DNA of 64,000 nucleotides from Muribaculaceae bacterium (GTDB lineage Bacteria; Bacteroidota; Bacteroidia; Bacteroidales; Muribaculaceae): NCBI GenBank assembly GCA_023664185.1, contig JAMPGA010000001.1, positions 839,473 to 903,472 of the forward strand, read 5' to 3'. Shown piece by piece: positions 44,515 to 55,125 of this stretch (position 1 is its first letter; each line of letters starts with the position of its first letter). The notes under the pieces were generated by a model. It saw only the letters and a program-made list of their open reading frames with translations, ran no database searches and was not told where the DNA came from. The position numbers and the translations under genes were made by a program.

Positions 44515-45856
44515 AATCGAAGCGCTCTATATCCTCCTCCACCAGATTGGATCCAGACTGGACTTCGATGAAGGTGAGGCTTGTGGTGGCTCGCAGAGCG
44601 TGTTTCACGCCACGGTTTATCACGATGGTTTCGCCGCGCCCCACGCGGCGACGCTCGCCGTCGAGGATTATTTCACCCTCGCCGTCGATGAAGGTCCACA
44701 CCTCATTGCGGCACGAATGGCGTTGATAGCTGATGGAGCACCCGGGATTGAGGGTGAGCTGCTTGGTCAGGGCACAGTAACCGTCGGGAAATTCTACGTT
44801 GTCGATCACCTTGTATGTGCCCCAGCGGCGTTCCTCATACATGGGTCGGCTCTTCAGCTTCTCGGCAAAGACCTTTACGTTTTCGCTTTTGCTTTTCTCC
44901 GATACGATAATGCCGTCGGGCGATGCGGCCACCACCAGGTCGGAGGTGCCCAAGCAGAGCATGGGTATACCGAGCTCATTGAAAATGTGGGTGTTGTGGT
45001 CGGTACCATCGGTAAATACGTTTCCATATGTCCGGCATTTCAGCTCGTCGGTCAGAGTGATCCATGTGCCCAGATCCTTCCATTGGCCGTTATATTCCAC
45101 CATGCCTATGTTGGAGAGCTTCTCAGCCACCTCGCAGTCAAAGCTTATCTGAGGGAACTGTGTGTAGCGCTCGATTATGCCCATCACAGAGTCGGCGTCG
45201 ACATACCTGTGGGCTATTTCCGTGAGATAACCCAGTTTGAAGGCAAAAACTCCGGCGTTCCATTTTCCGCCTTCGTTTATGAGCTTTTGGGCCGTAGCCA
45301 CGTCGGGCTTCTCAGTGAACCGTTTCACAGGGATAATGCCGTTTTGGTCGGGCTCTTGGGTGCGGTCGGGCACTATATAGCCATATTTTCCTGACGGATA
45401 AGTCGGCGTAATGCCCATCACTATCAGCCGGGCTGATGAGGTTTTTACTCCCTCGGCCATCTGCTTTATGGCTTCAAAATATCCCAGATCGGTATATGGG
45501 TCGCATGGGATCACCACCACTGTCTCGTCGGGGCTGCAGTGCTTCTCGAGAGCCAGATACCCGCATGCGAGGCAAATGGCGGGGAAAGTCTTGCGGCGCG
45601 AGGGCTCGGTGACGATGCCTACAGTGTCGCCCAGCTGCGACACCACAGAGTCGCGCTGAGCGATGCTGGTGGCCACGGTGATGTCATCGTCTATGCCAGC
45701 CTGGCGCAACTGACGCACCACGCGTTGAACCATCGACTCTTTGCTGCCCGAGCCATCTTCAGTGTCGAGGAGGCGCAGAAACTGTTTGGAGCGGGCATCG
45801 TTTGAAAGTGGCCACAGGCGTGTGCCCGAACCGCCTGAGAGTAATATGATTTGCAT
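44504..45856 (-). CDS. manC: Mannose-1-phosphate guanylyltransferase with C-terminal cupin (PMI type II)
   Basis: ILLSGGSGTRLWPLS, FTEKPD, WKDLGTW, YEERRWG, SYQRH..RNEVW. Confidence 0.88.
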   Translation of the reverse strand: MQIILLSGGSGTRLWPLSNDARSKQFLRLLDTEDGSGSKESMVQRVVRQLRQAGIDDDITVATSIAQRDSVVSQLGDTVGIVTEPSRRKTFPAICLACGYLALEKHCSPDETVVVIPCDPYTDLGYFEAIKQMAEGVKTSSARLIVMGITPTYPSGKYGYIVPDRTQEPDQNGIIPVKRFTEKPDVATAQKLINEGGKWNAGVFAFKLGYLTEIAHRYVDADSVMGIIERYTQFPQISFDCEVAEKLSNIGMVEYNGQWKDLGTWITLTDELKCRTYGNVFTDGTDHNTHIFNELGIPMLCLGTSDLVVAASPDGIIVSEKSKSENVKVFAEKLKSRPMYEERRWGTYKVIDNVEFPDGYCALTKQLTLNPGCSISYQRHSCRNEVWTFIDGEGEIILDGERRRVGRGETIVINRGVKHALRATTSLTFIEVQSGSNLVEEDIERFDFSW

Positions 45857-46027
45857 GAAGAATAGTTTTATTTTTTACTTGTCTTCTTCCGACAAGAGAT
45901 GCAAAGTAAGCAAAATTTTGACAATTGTGCAAATCTGTGTGTCGCCACCTTCATAATCCCGCGAAAAATGGTTATCTTTGCACTCCCAAAACAAAAAACA
46001 AGTCAATACCACACACAGCATACAGAT

Positions 46028-47131
46028 ATGGCACTACAATGCGGCATAGTCGGACTCCCCAACGTGGGCAAGTCCACTCTCTTCAACTGTCTCTCCAACG
46101 CCAAGGCCCAGTCGGCCAACTTCCCGTTCTGCACCATCGAGCCCAACGTCGGTGTGATCACCGTGCCCGACGAGCGCCTGAACAAGCTTGTTGAGATGTG
46201 CAGTCCGCGCTCCGTGGTCCCGGCCACTGTCGAGATTGTCGATATCGCCGGCCTCGTCAAGGGTGCAAGCAAGGGTGAGGGACTGGGCAATAAGTTTCTG
46301 GCCAATATCCGCGAGACTGATGCCATAATCCATGTGCTCCGCTGCTTCGACGATCCCAATGTGACGCATGTGCACGACACCGTCGACCCCGTGCGCGACA
46401 AGGAGATAATCGATTACGAGCTCCAGATTAAGGATCTTGAGACCGTGGAGAGCCGTATGGCCCGCACTCAGAAACAGGCTCAGACCGGTGGCGACAAGGT
46501 GGCCAAGATGCAGTATGAGGTGCTCCGCAAATACTATGATGCCCTGGTGGCCGGAAAGCCAGCGCGTACCGTAGAGCTCGAAACTCCCGACGAGCAGAAA
46601 TTTGCCCGTGAGCTCTTCCTGCTCACATCCAAGCCGGTGCTCTATGTTTGCAACGTCGACGATACCGCCGCTGTCGAGGGCAACCGTTACGTAGATGCCG
46701 TCAAGGAAGCCATCAGCGGAGAAAATGCACAGATGCTAATTGTGGCCGCCCAGACTGAGAGCGAGATTGCCGAGCTCGACACCTGGGAGGAGCGCCAGGA
46801 ATTTCTGGCCGAGATAGGGTTGCAGGAGTCGGGTGTGGCTCGACTGATTCGCGCCGCCTACGCACTGCTCAATCTGCAGACATTCTTTACCGCCGGCCCC
46901 GATGAGGTGCGTGCCTGGACATTCCTCAAGGGGAGCAAGGCTCCGCAGTGTGCCGGTACCATCCACACCGACTTCGAGAAGGGATTTATCCGCGCAGAGG
47001 TCATTAAATACGATGATTTCGTGTCGCTCGGCAGCGAGAGTGCCGTGCGCGAAGCCGGCAAGATGGCCATTGAGGGTAAAAACTATGTGGCTCAGGACGG
47101 CGATATAATGCACTTCCTCTTCAACGTCTGA
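46028..47131 (+). CDS. ychF: Ribosome-binding ATPase YchF
   Basis: Start MALQCGIVGLPNVGKST; FPFCTIEPN, DIAGLV, GEGLGNKFL, IHTDFEKGFIRAE. Promoter TATCTTTG at 45973-45980. Confidence 0.97.
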   Translation: MALQCGIVGLPNVGKSTLFNCLSNAKAQSANFPFCTIEPNVGVITVPDERLNKLVEMCSPRSVVPATVEIVDIAGLVKGASKGEGLGNKFLANIRETDAIIHVLRCFDDPNVTHVHDTVDPVRDKEIIDYELQIKDLETVESRMARTQKQAQTGGDKVAKMQYEVLRKYYDALVAGKPARTVELETPDEQKFARELFLLTSKPVLYVCNVDDTAAVEGNRYVDAVKEAISGENAQMLIVAAQTESEIAELDTWEERQEFLAEIGLQESGVARLIRAAYALLNLQTFFTAGPDEVRAWTFLKGSKAPQCAGTIHTDFEKGFIRAEVIKYDDFVSLGSESAVREAGKMAIEGKNYVAQDGDIMHFLFNV

Positions 47132-47164
47132 GACGTCGGGCTGCGTTTTCTCCTCCATCCTCAT

Positions 47165-49447
47165 ATGACACTCCGGTTTCTCCTTCCTCTGCTCGTGGCC
47201 GGCACATTGTCGGCCATGGCCGCGTCGTCGCCATCAACCACCCTGTGGTTTGACAGACCGGCTTCATATTTTGAAGAGACCCTCCTCATAGGCAACGGGC
47301 GGCTTGGAGCCATACTCTATGGAGGTGTTCAAGCTGACAGTGTCTCGCTAAACGATATCACTCTCTGGACCGGCGAGCCCGATACTGCCAGTGTCCCGGC
47401 AGCGGCTGCCGGAGCTATGGCAGAGATACGCCACGCGCTTTTTGCCGAGGATTATCCCAAGGCCGACTCTCTGCAGAGACGTCTGCAGGGGCATAACAGC
47501 GAAAACTACCAGCCGTTGGGACAAATGGTGATAACCTACGACTCATTCCCTGCGGGATCGGTGTGTAGGCGAAGTCTTGATCTGCAGAACGCGGTGGCCA
47601 CAACCACAACCGGAGTGCGCACCACTACATGCTTCGCATCGGCTCCCGACTCGGTGATTGTCTTCAGCATACAAAGCCCCGAACCCTTTTCGGCCACTCT
47701 GATACTCGCCTCCAAGCTGCCCCACACATCACTCTCTACCCCCGACGGCACCATCACTATGTCCGGACGAGCTGCCTATAGCTCAGCCCCTTTCAGATAC
47801 GCTTCCGGGCGAGGCACACCCTTCTGTTCGGTGGCCAGAGTCTTGCTACCCGACGGTGGCACCCTCCGCGCTCTTCCCGACGGAGCTTTGAGGCTTGAGG
47901 ATTGCAAGAGTGCAGAGATATGGTTTACCAATGCCACAGGTTTTACGGCCTTCAACCGTCTCCCTGCCAGTATGGAGAATACGGCTTTGCGAGCCAGGAG
48001 TACACTTGAGTCAGCCATCAGTCGTGGTTATAAAAATGTGTTGGACAACCATATCAGTGACTATGGCGAATTGTTCGGGCGTGTGTCGCTCGATTTGGGC
48101 ACGACCCCCGATTCCATAGCCTCGCTCCCCACCGATGTCCAGCTGCGTCGCTACACAGATTTTGAGGAACATAACCCCGACCTTGAGGAACTCTATTTCA
48201 ATTTCGGCCGCTACCTGCTCATAGCCTCGGCTCGCACACTCGGCGTGCCCGCCAATCTACAGGGTTTGTGGAATGAACACATTCAGCCCCCCTGGAGCTC
48301 AAACTACACCACAAATATCAATGTCGAGGAAAACTATTGGTGCGCCGAGACTATCGGGCTTGGCGATCTGCATGTCCGATCGCTTATCCCTTGGATAGAA
48401 AATCTGTCGGTCACAGGAGCCAAGACGGCGCGAGAGTATTACGGCGCACGCCGAGGCTGGTGTGCTGCCCACAACTCCGACATATGGGCCATGACGTGTC
48501 CCGTCGGCCAAGGGTCGGGCGATCCCTCATGGGCTTGCTGGAACATGGGTGGAGTGTGGCTGGCAACACATATATATGAGCACTGGCTGTTCAGCCGCGA
48601 CGTGGATTTCCTGCGCCGTTATTATCCAGTGATGCGCGGGGCTGCAGAGTTTGCGCTCGAAATGCTTGTTGAGAATGAGGGTCTGCTCATCACAGCCCCC
48701 TCCACATCTCCAGAAAATAAATATGTGACACCCCAGGGATATAAGGGAGCCACACTCTATGGCGCTACTTCAGATCTGGCCATGATTCGAGAGCTGCTGC
48801 TCGACGTAAGTGATGCGGCCAATACACTCGACACTGATTCTGCCCTTTGCAGTGAAATCACCACCGCTCTCCAGCTCCTTCGACCCTATGGCATCGGGAA
48901 TAAGGGGCAGCTCATGGAGTGGTATCACGACTGGGACGATGCCGAACCTACCCATCGGCATCAGTCGCATCTGTTCGGCCTCTATCCCGGCCACCATCTG
49001 TCGGTGGCCGAGACCCCAGAACTGGCACTGGCTGCCACACGGACTTTGGAAATCAAAGGGCTTAAGACCACAGGCTGGAGTGCCGCCTGGCGCATAAATC
49101 TGCTGGCACGTATGCGCCAGGGTCAGGATGCCTACACTATGTTCAGGAAGCTGCTTCGCTATGTGTCACCTCAGGATTATCGCGGCCCCGGCCGACGCAC
49201 CGGTGGCGGCACATACCCAAATCTGCTCGACGCCCATCCGCCGTTTCAGATCGACGGCAACTTCGGCGGTACAGCCGGAATAGTGGAGATGCTCCTGCAG
49301 TCGACCTCCGCGGGCGAAGTAATCCCCCTGCCCGCGCTCCCCGCGGCATGGCCCTCAGGAGCTTTCAGAGGCATCCGCACCCGCTCAGGCAAAACCGTAG
49401 ATCTCACCTGGCAAAACGGCAATATCACATCCTTTAGGGAATACTGA
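47165..49447 (+). CDS. GH95 alpha-L-fucosidase-like glycoside hydrolase
   Basis: Signal peptide, IGNGRLGA, YQPLG, FGRYLLI, PANLQGLW, NINVEENYW, SPEN, HRHQSHL, HPPFQIDGNFG, LPALP..W..G. Confidence 0.93.
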   Translation: MTLRFLLPLLVAGTLSAMAASSPSTTLWFDRPASYFEETLLIGNGRLGAILYGGVQADSVSLNDITLWTGEPDTASVPAAAAGAMAEIRHALFAEDYPKADSLQRRLQGHNSENYQPLGQMVITYDSFPAGSVCRRSLDLQNAVATTTTGVRTTTCFASAPDSVIVFSIQSPEPFSATLILASKLPHTSLSTPDGTITMSGRAAYSSAPFRYASGRGTPFCSVARVLLPDGGTLRALPDGALRLEDCKSAEIWFTNATGFTAFNRLPASMENTALRARSTLESAISRGYKNVLDNHISDYGELFGRVSLDLGTTPDSIASLPTDVQLRRYTDFEEHNPDLEELYFNFGRYLLIASARTLGVPANLQGLWNEHIQPPWSSNYTTNINVEENYWCAETIGLGDLHVRSLIPWIENLSVTGAKTAREYYGARRGWCAAHNSDIWAMTCPVGQGSGDPSWACWNMGGVWLATHIYEHWLFSRDVDFLRRYYPVMRGAAEFALEMLVENEGLLITAPSTSPENKYVTPQGYKGATLYGATSDLAMIRELLLDVSDAANTLDTDSALCSEITTALQLLRPYGIGNKGQLMEWYHDWDDAEPTHRHQSHLFGLYPGHHLSVAETPELALAATRTLEIKGLKTTGWSAAWRINLLARMRQGQDAYTMFRKLLRYVSPQDYRGPGRRTGGGTYPNLLDAHPPFQIDGNFGGTAGIVEMLLQSTSAGEVIPLPALPAAWPSGAFRGIRTRSGKTVDLTWQNGNITSFREY

Positions 49448-49469
49448 AGGAAAGGCCGGCCTGGTTTTT

Positions 49470-49680
49470 TCAATCAAGTTCCATCATATCGAAAAACATC
49501 AGACGGGTGTGTTCGTTTTCTTCTTTCTGCGTGAGTTTTATGAAGCCATTCTTTTCTTGGAACCTTACAGCGGTAATATAAGCATTCCTTTGTGAGGTTG
49601 TCGACTTGACGCATCCTTTCCTCGAAGCGGATTGCGTCCTCGCCTGTTAGTATTGGGGTTTCAGCTATAGGTCTTGCTAT
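49470..49680 (-). pseudogene. Collapsed toxin-antitoxin relic: small antitoxin N-terminus joined out of frame to GNAT-toxin C-terminus
   Basis: ATA(start lost)-ARPIAETPILTGEDAIRFEERMRQVDNLTKE to ~49585; a second frame from 49586 reads NAYITAVRFQEKNGFIKLTQKEENEHTRLMFFDMMELD*. Promoter TATCTTTG at 49716-49709. Confidence 0.72.
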
Positions 49681-49772
49681 GGTTTTATCTTCTGTTTTTG
49701 TCCGTTTACAAAGATATAAAAATTTCTGACATAACTGGATTTTGGTACTGAGAAACTTGTTATAATACAAAC

Positions 49773-49804
49773 AATAAGTGCCCGAATGATTCCGGGCACT
49801 TATT
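49773..49804. terminator. Terminator at the end of the glycan locus
   Basis: AATAAGTGCCCG/CGGGCACTTATT perfect 12-bp stem just after the gmd stop. Confidence 0.75.
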
Positions 49805-49824
49805 CCAAATTCCTGTATTCTGAA

Positions 49825-50916
49825 TTACTTCACGATACCTTTTTCAAGATATTCGGCGAGGTTGGTGCGCACTTGTTCGCCGGCGCGCTCTACGGCCACC
49901 TTGGCCATGTCGGCATCTACCATAATGTTGACCAGCTGCTCGAAAGAGGTTTTTTTGTCGGGATCCCAGCCCAGCTCGCGGCGTGCCTTGGCGGGATCTC
50001 CCCAAAGGTTTACCACATCGGTGGGACGGTAGAAATCGGGCGATACCTCGATGAGCACACGTCCGGTGGCCACGTCGATGCCTTTTTCATCGGCGCCCTC
50101 ACCCTCAAAACGCAGCTCTATGCCTGCGCGGCGGAAGGCCAGCTGACAGAAATCGCGCACGGAGTGCTGATGGCCTGTGGCTATGACATAGTCTTCGGGC
50201 TTGGGCTGCTGCAATATGAGCCACATGCACTCCACATAGTCGCGTGCATAGCCCCAGTCTCGGCGGCTCGAGAGATTGCCCAAATAGAGTTTCTGCTGTT
50301 TGCCCTGGGCTATGCGGGCAGCTGCCAGGGTGATCTTGCGCGTCACAAAGGTCTCGCCGCGGCGTTCCGACTCGTGGTTGAAGAGTATGCCCGAGCAGCA
50401 ATACATGTCATAGGCCTCGCGGTATTCCTTGACCATCCAGAAGCCGTAGAGCTTGGCCACAGCATAGGGTGAGTAGGGATGGAAGGGGGTGTTTTCGTTC
50501 TGCGGCACTTCCTCCACCTTGCCGTAGAGCTCCGATGTAGAGGCTTGATAGATGCGGCAGCTTTTGACTAGTCCGCTCAGCCTCACGGCCTCGAGAATGC
50601 GAAGCACGCCCACGGCATCGATGTCGGCGGTAAATTCGGGTGAGTCAAACGACACCTGCACATGGCTCTGTGCAGCCAGATTGTAGATTTCGTCAGGCCT
50701 TACGGAGCCTACCACCTGCATCACCGACATGGAGTCGGAGAGATCAGCATAGTGGAGGTGGAAACCTGGAGTACCCTCGAGGTGGGCTATACGCTCGCGG
50801 AAGTCCGAGCTGGAACGGCGGATGGTGCCGTGTACTTCATATCCTTTTTCAAGCAGGAATTCGGCAAGAAAGCTGCCGTCCTGGCCGGTGATTCCGGTGA
50901 TGAGAGCTTTTTTCAT
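49825..50916 (-). CDS. gmd: GDP-mannose 4,6-dehydratase
   Basis: [53 protein letters not shown]. Confidence 0.97.
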   Translation of the reverse strand: MKKALITGITGQDGSFLAEFLLEKGYEVHGTIRRSSSDFRERIAHLEGTPGFHLHYADLSDSMSVMQVVGSVRPDEIYNLAAQSHVQVSFDSPEFTADIDAVGVLRILEAVRLSGLVKSCRIYQASTSELYGKVEEVPQNENTPFHPYSPYAVAKLYGFWMVKEYREAYDMYCCSGILFNHESERRGETFVTRKITLAAARIAQGKQQKLYLGNLSSRRDWGYARDYVECMWLILQQPKPEDYVIATGHQHSVRDFCQLAFRRAGIELRFEGEGADEKGIDVATGRVLIEVSPDFYRPTDVVNLWGDPAKARRELGWDPDKKTSFEQLVNIMVDADMAKVAVERAGEQVRTNLAEYLEKGIVK

Positions 50917-51746
50917 GTGGTGGGGCGTTGGGTTTGGGTGTTCAGTGGTTTGTAGGCCAGGGGGTATTCCTGGCTTGATTTGGAGTGGATTATACGGGGC
51001 AGAGCCAGCTCGAAGAGTCGGGTGACATAGCGTACCGACTCAAACAGCAGGCACGAGTGAATGCGGTTTTTGCGATAGGCCTCGAAGTGGTCGTGCAGAA
51101 TGTTGCGGTGGCTGCCCAGACCAGAGTTGGAGATGCCACCGGTGCGCATGGTGACGAAGTCGAGGGGCAGATATCGGCAACTGATGCGGTGTATGTAGAT
51201 GAGTCGCAGCAGCAGTTCGAAGTCGGAGGCCACGCGGAAGCGGGTGTCAAAGGTGCCGTAACGCTCATAGACGTGGCGCCGGCAGTAGAACGACGGATGG
51301 GCAGGCATGTATCCGAGCCTCATCATCCAGGGGCGAAACGAGGCCGACGAGTAGCAGCGCACACTGGTGGAAAGATCGGTGGGAGAGACGTAGTGGACAT
51401 CTCCATACACTGCATCGACACCTTCCAGCCCTCGGGCCACACGGCTGAGCACGTCGGTCGAGGTGAGGAAGTCGTCGGAATTGAGTGTGCCCACGGCATC
51501 GCCTGTGGCCATTGCTATGCCACGGTTCATGGCATCATAGAGGCCATTGTCGGGTTGGCTCACCCATTTCAAGCGTCCGCCATAGCGTGGCTCATACTGT
51601 TTTATCAGGTCGACGGTGCCGTCGGTCGAGCCGCCGTCGACTATGATATGCTCAAAGTCTTCATAATCTTGTGCCAGCACACTCTCCATTGTGTCGGCAA
51701 TGGTGGCGTGGCTGTTTATGGAGACTGTTATTATGGATATTTTCAT
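50913..51746 (-). CDS. Glycosyltransferase family 2 (WcaE-like)
   Basis: [38 protein letters not shown]. Confidence 0.92.
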   Translation of the reverse strand: MKISIITVSINSHATIADTMESVLAQDYEDFEHIIVDGGSTDGTVDLIKQYEPRYGGRLKWVSQPDNGLYDAMNRGIAMATGDAVGTLNSDDFLTSTDVLSRVARGLEGVDAVYGDVHYVSPTDLSTSVRCYSSASFRPWMMRLGYMPAHPSFYCRRHVYERYGTFDTRFRVASDFELLLRLIYIHRISCRYLPLDFVTMRTGGISNSGLGSHRNILHDHFEAYRKNRIHSCLLFESVRYVTRLFELALPRIIHSKSSQEYPLAYKPLNTQTQRPTT

Positions 51747-52660
51747 CAGAATTCCTGGGAAGATGGATTGGTTGGGAGATTGATGCCATAGTGTTGGCGC
51801 AACACACGGCTTATTTCAGCCGGGTCATCGCTCCCGGCCTGGCGCTTAATCTCTATAATCCTGGCGTCGACAAGTGTACGATACCACCAGCCCTGCAGAA
51901 AATCCCACAGAAAGCCTTCACGGCCATCGAGAAATCCGAGTCTCACCACGTAGCGGTAAAAGAAGTATCCGAAGGCTCTCCACAGCATGGGCATGCGGGC
52001 GTAGAGGCTTTTGGCACGGCGTTTTTTGGCGGTCTGAGGGGCGAGATTACCCACAGATTCACCGCTCTGGGTGGTAAGGATAGTGGCAGCCTCGCGCAGG
52101 GCGTAGGCGTTGTGTTTTGCTATAAATTCATTCAAAGGGATGAGGCTGTGGTCAACAAAATGGTGTTTCAGACGTCCGACGTTACCCTCCACCGTCAGAT
52201 GTTCGTCCATAAGGCGATCCTCGTAGCGGGCTTTGCCCCGACGGAACAGTCGCACCATCTCCACACCCTGGGCTATGCCGTGGCGCAGACGGCGCCCCAT
52301 AAACACCCTGCCGAGGGGCAGAATATAGGCATTCACGTCGGGGGGAGTCTGAGGCAGCCTTTGGGCTATCTCGGCCACGAGCTCAGGGGTGGGATACTCG
52401 TCGGCGTCCAGACGCATCACCCACGATGTGATTATCTCGAGATTGTCGAGGGCACGGTTGAATTGAAGAGCCTGACAGCCGGGCCAGTCGTAGGTCACCA
52501 CTTTGGCTCCCATCTCGCGGGCTATGCGGCAAGTGGCGTCGGTCGAGCCGGAGTCTACCACATAGACCTCTTTAGCCAACCCCTTGATGCTTTCAAGACA
52601 ACGAGCTATGTGGAGCTCCTCATTGAAGGTCAGTATTATCGCAGTTATGTCAGGTGTCAT
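51746..52660 (-). CDS. Glycosyltransferase family 2
   Basis: IILTFNEE, VDSGSTD, LDADE, KHNAYALREA, GFLDGREG. Confidence 0.92.
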   Translation of the reverse strand: MTPDITAIILTFNEELHIARCLESIKGLAKEVYVVDSGSTDATCRIAREMGAKVVTYDWPGCQALQFNRALDNLEIITSWVMRLDADEYPTPELVAEIAQRLPQTPPDVNAYILPLGRVFMGRRLRHGIAQGVEMVRLFRRGKARYEDRLMDEHLTVEGNVGRLKHHFVDHSLIPLNEFIAKHNAYALREAATILTTQSGESVGNLAPQTAKKRRAKSLYARMPMLWRAFGYFFYRYVVRLGFLDGREGFLWDFLQGWWYRTLVDARIIEIKRQAGSDDPAEISRVLRQHYGINLPTNPSSQEF

Positions 52661-53186
52661 TCAGAATACGTTTTTTAATCACCCTTGCGGGGTTGCCTCC
52701 CACAATGGTCCAGGGCTCCACGTCGCGAAACACAGCCGAGCGTGCGCCTGCCACCGAGCCTTCACCCAAGGTGACTCCCGGGCCCACAAAGACGTCGGCT
52801 GCCACCCAGACATGGTTTTCCAAGACAATGGGGCGGGTGACCAACGGAAGCATGAGTGATGAGGTGTCGTGAGTAGCAGTGTAGAGCTTTGAGCCCTGCG
52901 ACACAACAGTGTCATTGCCAATCACAACAAAGTCCTTGTTGTAGATCTCCGTGCGTGGCCCCAGGCATGCTCGCCCCACTGTGAGGAACCACGGGGCGAA
53001 AATCGAGCAGGAAGGATAGATATATGCCTGCCGATCTACAGTGGCTCCAAACGCCATGAGCAGCCCGCGGCGCAGCGGCCAGCACAGACGCCCTATGAGC
53101 AGTCGGAAGATGGTGCTGTTGATGAGCAGCCACACAAGCCGCTTCACCCTATGGGGCTTGGCTTCCTTATAGTCTGACAGATTCAT
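52650..53186 (-). CDS. WcaF-like hexapeptide-repeat O-acetyltransferase
   Basis: Start MNLSDYK at 53186; RRGLL.AFGA, hexapeptide repeats, TATHD, VGGNPARVIK. Confidence 0.9.
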   Translation of the reverse strand: MNLSDYKEAKPHRVKRLVWLLINSTIFRLLIGRLCWPLRRGLLMAFGATVDRQAYIYPSCSIFAPWFLTVGRACLGPRTEIYNKDFVVIGNDTVVSQGSKLYTATHDTSSLMLPLVTRPIVLENHVWVAADVFVGPGVTLGEGSVAGARSAVFRDVEPWTIVGGNPARVIKKRILNDT

Positions 53187-53953
53187 TTTCGGAGCAGGTT
53201 GTATAGCGGAGTGGCACATTTCTTGGTGTAACGGGCGGCAAGGAGCAGCAGCGTGATCGAGGCGGTCTGCAGTGAGTTCCACCCCAGCACTTCGCGCCTC
53301 ACACGGTTGGCCTCGCTGAGACCCAGGTTCTGGTTGTTGCAGGAGAGTCCGTCGATGTCGAATCGCGAGATGCAGATATTGGTCTGCAGCACACGGCCAG
53401 AAGAGAGTTTTATCACCTCGAGAGTGAGCCTGTAGTCGGCCGCCACGCGGTAGGTGGTGTCGTAGATGAGGGAGTGTTCCCGAAGGAATGCGGTATTATA
53501 GAGCGTTGACTGATGGGAAGCCACAGGTCCCCACCATATCTTGGAATAATGGCGGCAGGGGATCACACCCCCGGCTTTTCCGCGTTTCATTTCGCGGTAT
53601 GTGCCGTAGACCAGTACCGGCGCTCCATTTCCTATAGCCGAGTTCAAGCGGCTGAGCACGTCGGGCGAGTCGAAACAATCGCCTGAGTTCATGAAAATCA
53701 CATATTCGCCCGTGGCCTGACGCAGACCCTTGTTCATGGCATCATATATGCCTGCATCCTTTTCTCTTACATAGTTCTGTATGCCGGGGCGATAGTTGTC
53801 GATGATCTCCGAGGTGCCGTCGGTCGAGAGACCGTCGATCACGATATACTCCAGATTCCCATATTGCTGACCCAATACGCTCTGCAGAGTCTTCTCTATG
53901 CCTCCGACATCGTTGCGCACAATCGTCACCACCGAAAACTTTCTCTCTTTCAT
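53183..53953 (-). CDS. Glycosyltransferase family 2
   Basis: Start MKERKFSVVTIVRN; IDGLSTDGT, GIYDAMNKG, FMNSGD, HQS. Confidence 0.92.
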   Translation of the reverse strand: MKERKFSVVTIVRNDVGGIEKTLQSVLGQQYGNLEYIVIDGLSTDGTSEIIDNYRPGIQNYVREKDAGIYDAMNKGLRQATGEYVIFMNSGDCFDSPDVLSRLNSAIGNGAPVLVYGTYREMKRGKAGGVIPCRHYSKIWWGPVASHQSTLYNTAFLREHSLIYDTTYRVAADYRLTLEVIKLSSGRVLQTNICISRFDIDGLSCNNQNLGLSEANRVRREVLGWNSLQTASITLLLLAARYTKKCATPLYNLLRK

Positions 53954-53955
53954 CA

Positions 53956-55125
53956 CTACTGAACGTGCACAAAATCGGGTCGTTCGTCCCCGTTTAGAAT
54001 CCATTTGTACAGACTGATGGTTTGCGAGGCTATATGCCCGGGGTTGAATCGTGCGGCGGTATAGTCGTGGCCACGCCGCCCCATCTCCTTGAGTTGGGCA
54101 GGGGGCAGATAGGCAAGTGTATCCATTATGTCGGCCAGGTTGGCAGGGGTGTTGTCGCACCACCATCCCAGCCCCTCCTGCTTTAAAACTTGCCAAGGAG
54201 TGCCGAGCGAAGCCATTACGGGAGTGCCCACGCTGAGCGCCTCGGGTATTATCATGCCGAAGTTTTCCATATCGCTCGGGACAAAGAGTGCCATCAGGCG
54301 AGACAGGCGTTCAAACTTCTGTCGGCCGCTCACAAATCCGGCAAAATTCACCCTGTCGTCAAGGCCGTTGCGAGCCACAAGATCGCGCAGTCGGTTTTCG
54401 TATTCCGCATCGCCGGTGCCCATTATCTCTATTTCGAGATTCAGGTTTTTGCGCATTGCAGCCGCCAAGATGATCGACTCGACGTTTTTGCGCGGATGCA
54501 GACGCCCCAGAAAACCTAACCTGACAGGATCACCGGAGGCGATGTCACGGCTGAAGCGGAGGGTGTATATCTCGTCGACATATTCGGGCATCTCTATGGC
54601 GTTGGGTATTACAGCTATCGGGCCACGGTATCCGGTGAGGGCGCGAATATGCTCCATCTCCTCGGGGCAGGTGGCATGGATGCAGGCGGCCTCGCGGATG
54701 TCGCGGTCAAACCACAGTTTTCTCACAAGGTTTTTCTTCCATCTCGACGAGCGCAGTGTCTGTGGGTAGAGCATGCCGTGAGGGGTGATCACATAAGGCT
54801 TCCCCTTGCGGCGCGCCACGGCGCAGGATATATGGTTGGGATACATCCACATGCCGTTGATGTGACAGAGGTCAAAGTCGTCATTGGTGAGAAACCTCTT
54901 GTAGTTGGCCGAGAGAGCCAGCGGCGTTATGGCATCCCACTCCACGGTCTTGATCCACGGCTCCCCGTGTCCGGCCATAGGCTGGCCGTCGCGGCTCTCG
55001 AGAGCCAGCAGTCGGGCCTTGACATCTGGATCGGCTGCGGCAAGAGCCTTCACAAGGGTGTAGACACTTGTGGATGTGCCTCCGCTCTTGGCATCGAGTC
55101 CGGGGATGGTGTGGAGTATATTCAT
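53956..55125 (-). CDS. Glycosyltransferase family 4
   Basis: GT-B fold: GGTSTSV, HINGMW, ITPHGML, FLGRLHPRK, PSDMENFG...EAL. Confidence 0.93.
   Translation of the reverse strand: MNILHTIPGLDAKSGGTSTSVYTLVKALAAADPDVKARLLALESRDGQPMAGHGEPWIKTVEWDAITPLALSANYKRFLTNDDFDLCHINGMWMYPNHISCAVARRKGKPYVITPHGMLYPQTLRSSRWKKNLVRKLWFDRDIREAACIHATCPEEMEHIRALTGYRGPIAVIPNAIEMPEYVDEIYTLRFSRDIASGDPVRLGFLGRLHPRKNVESIILAAAMRKNLNLEIEIMGTGDAEYENRLRDLVARNGLDDRVNFAGFVSGRQKFERLSRLMALFVPSDMENFGMIIPEALSVGTPVMASLGTPWQVLKQEGLGWWCDNTPANLADIMDTLAYLPPAQLKEMGRRGHDYTAARFNPGHIASQTISLYKWILNGDERPDFVHVQ

Noticed and set aside
49681-49770. N-terminal part of the 98-aa ORF 49474-49770
   Set aside because: Runs through AT-rich promoter sequence; the real coding remnant begins at the decayed start at 49680.
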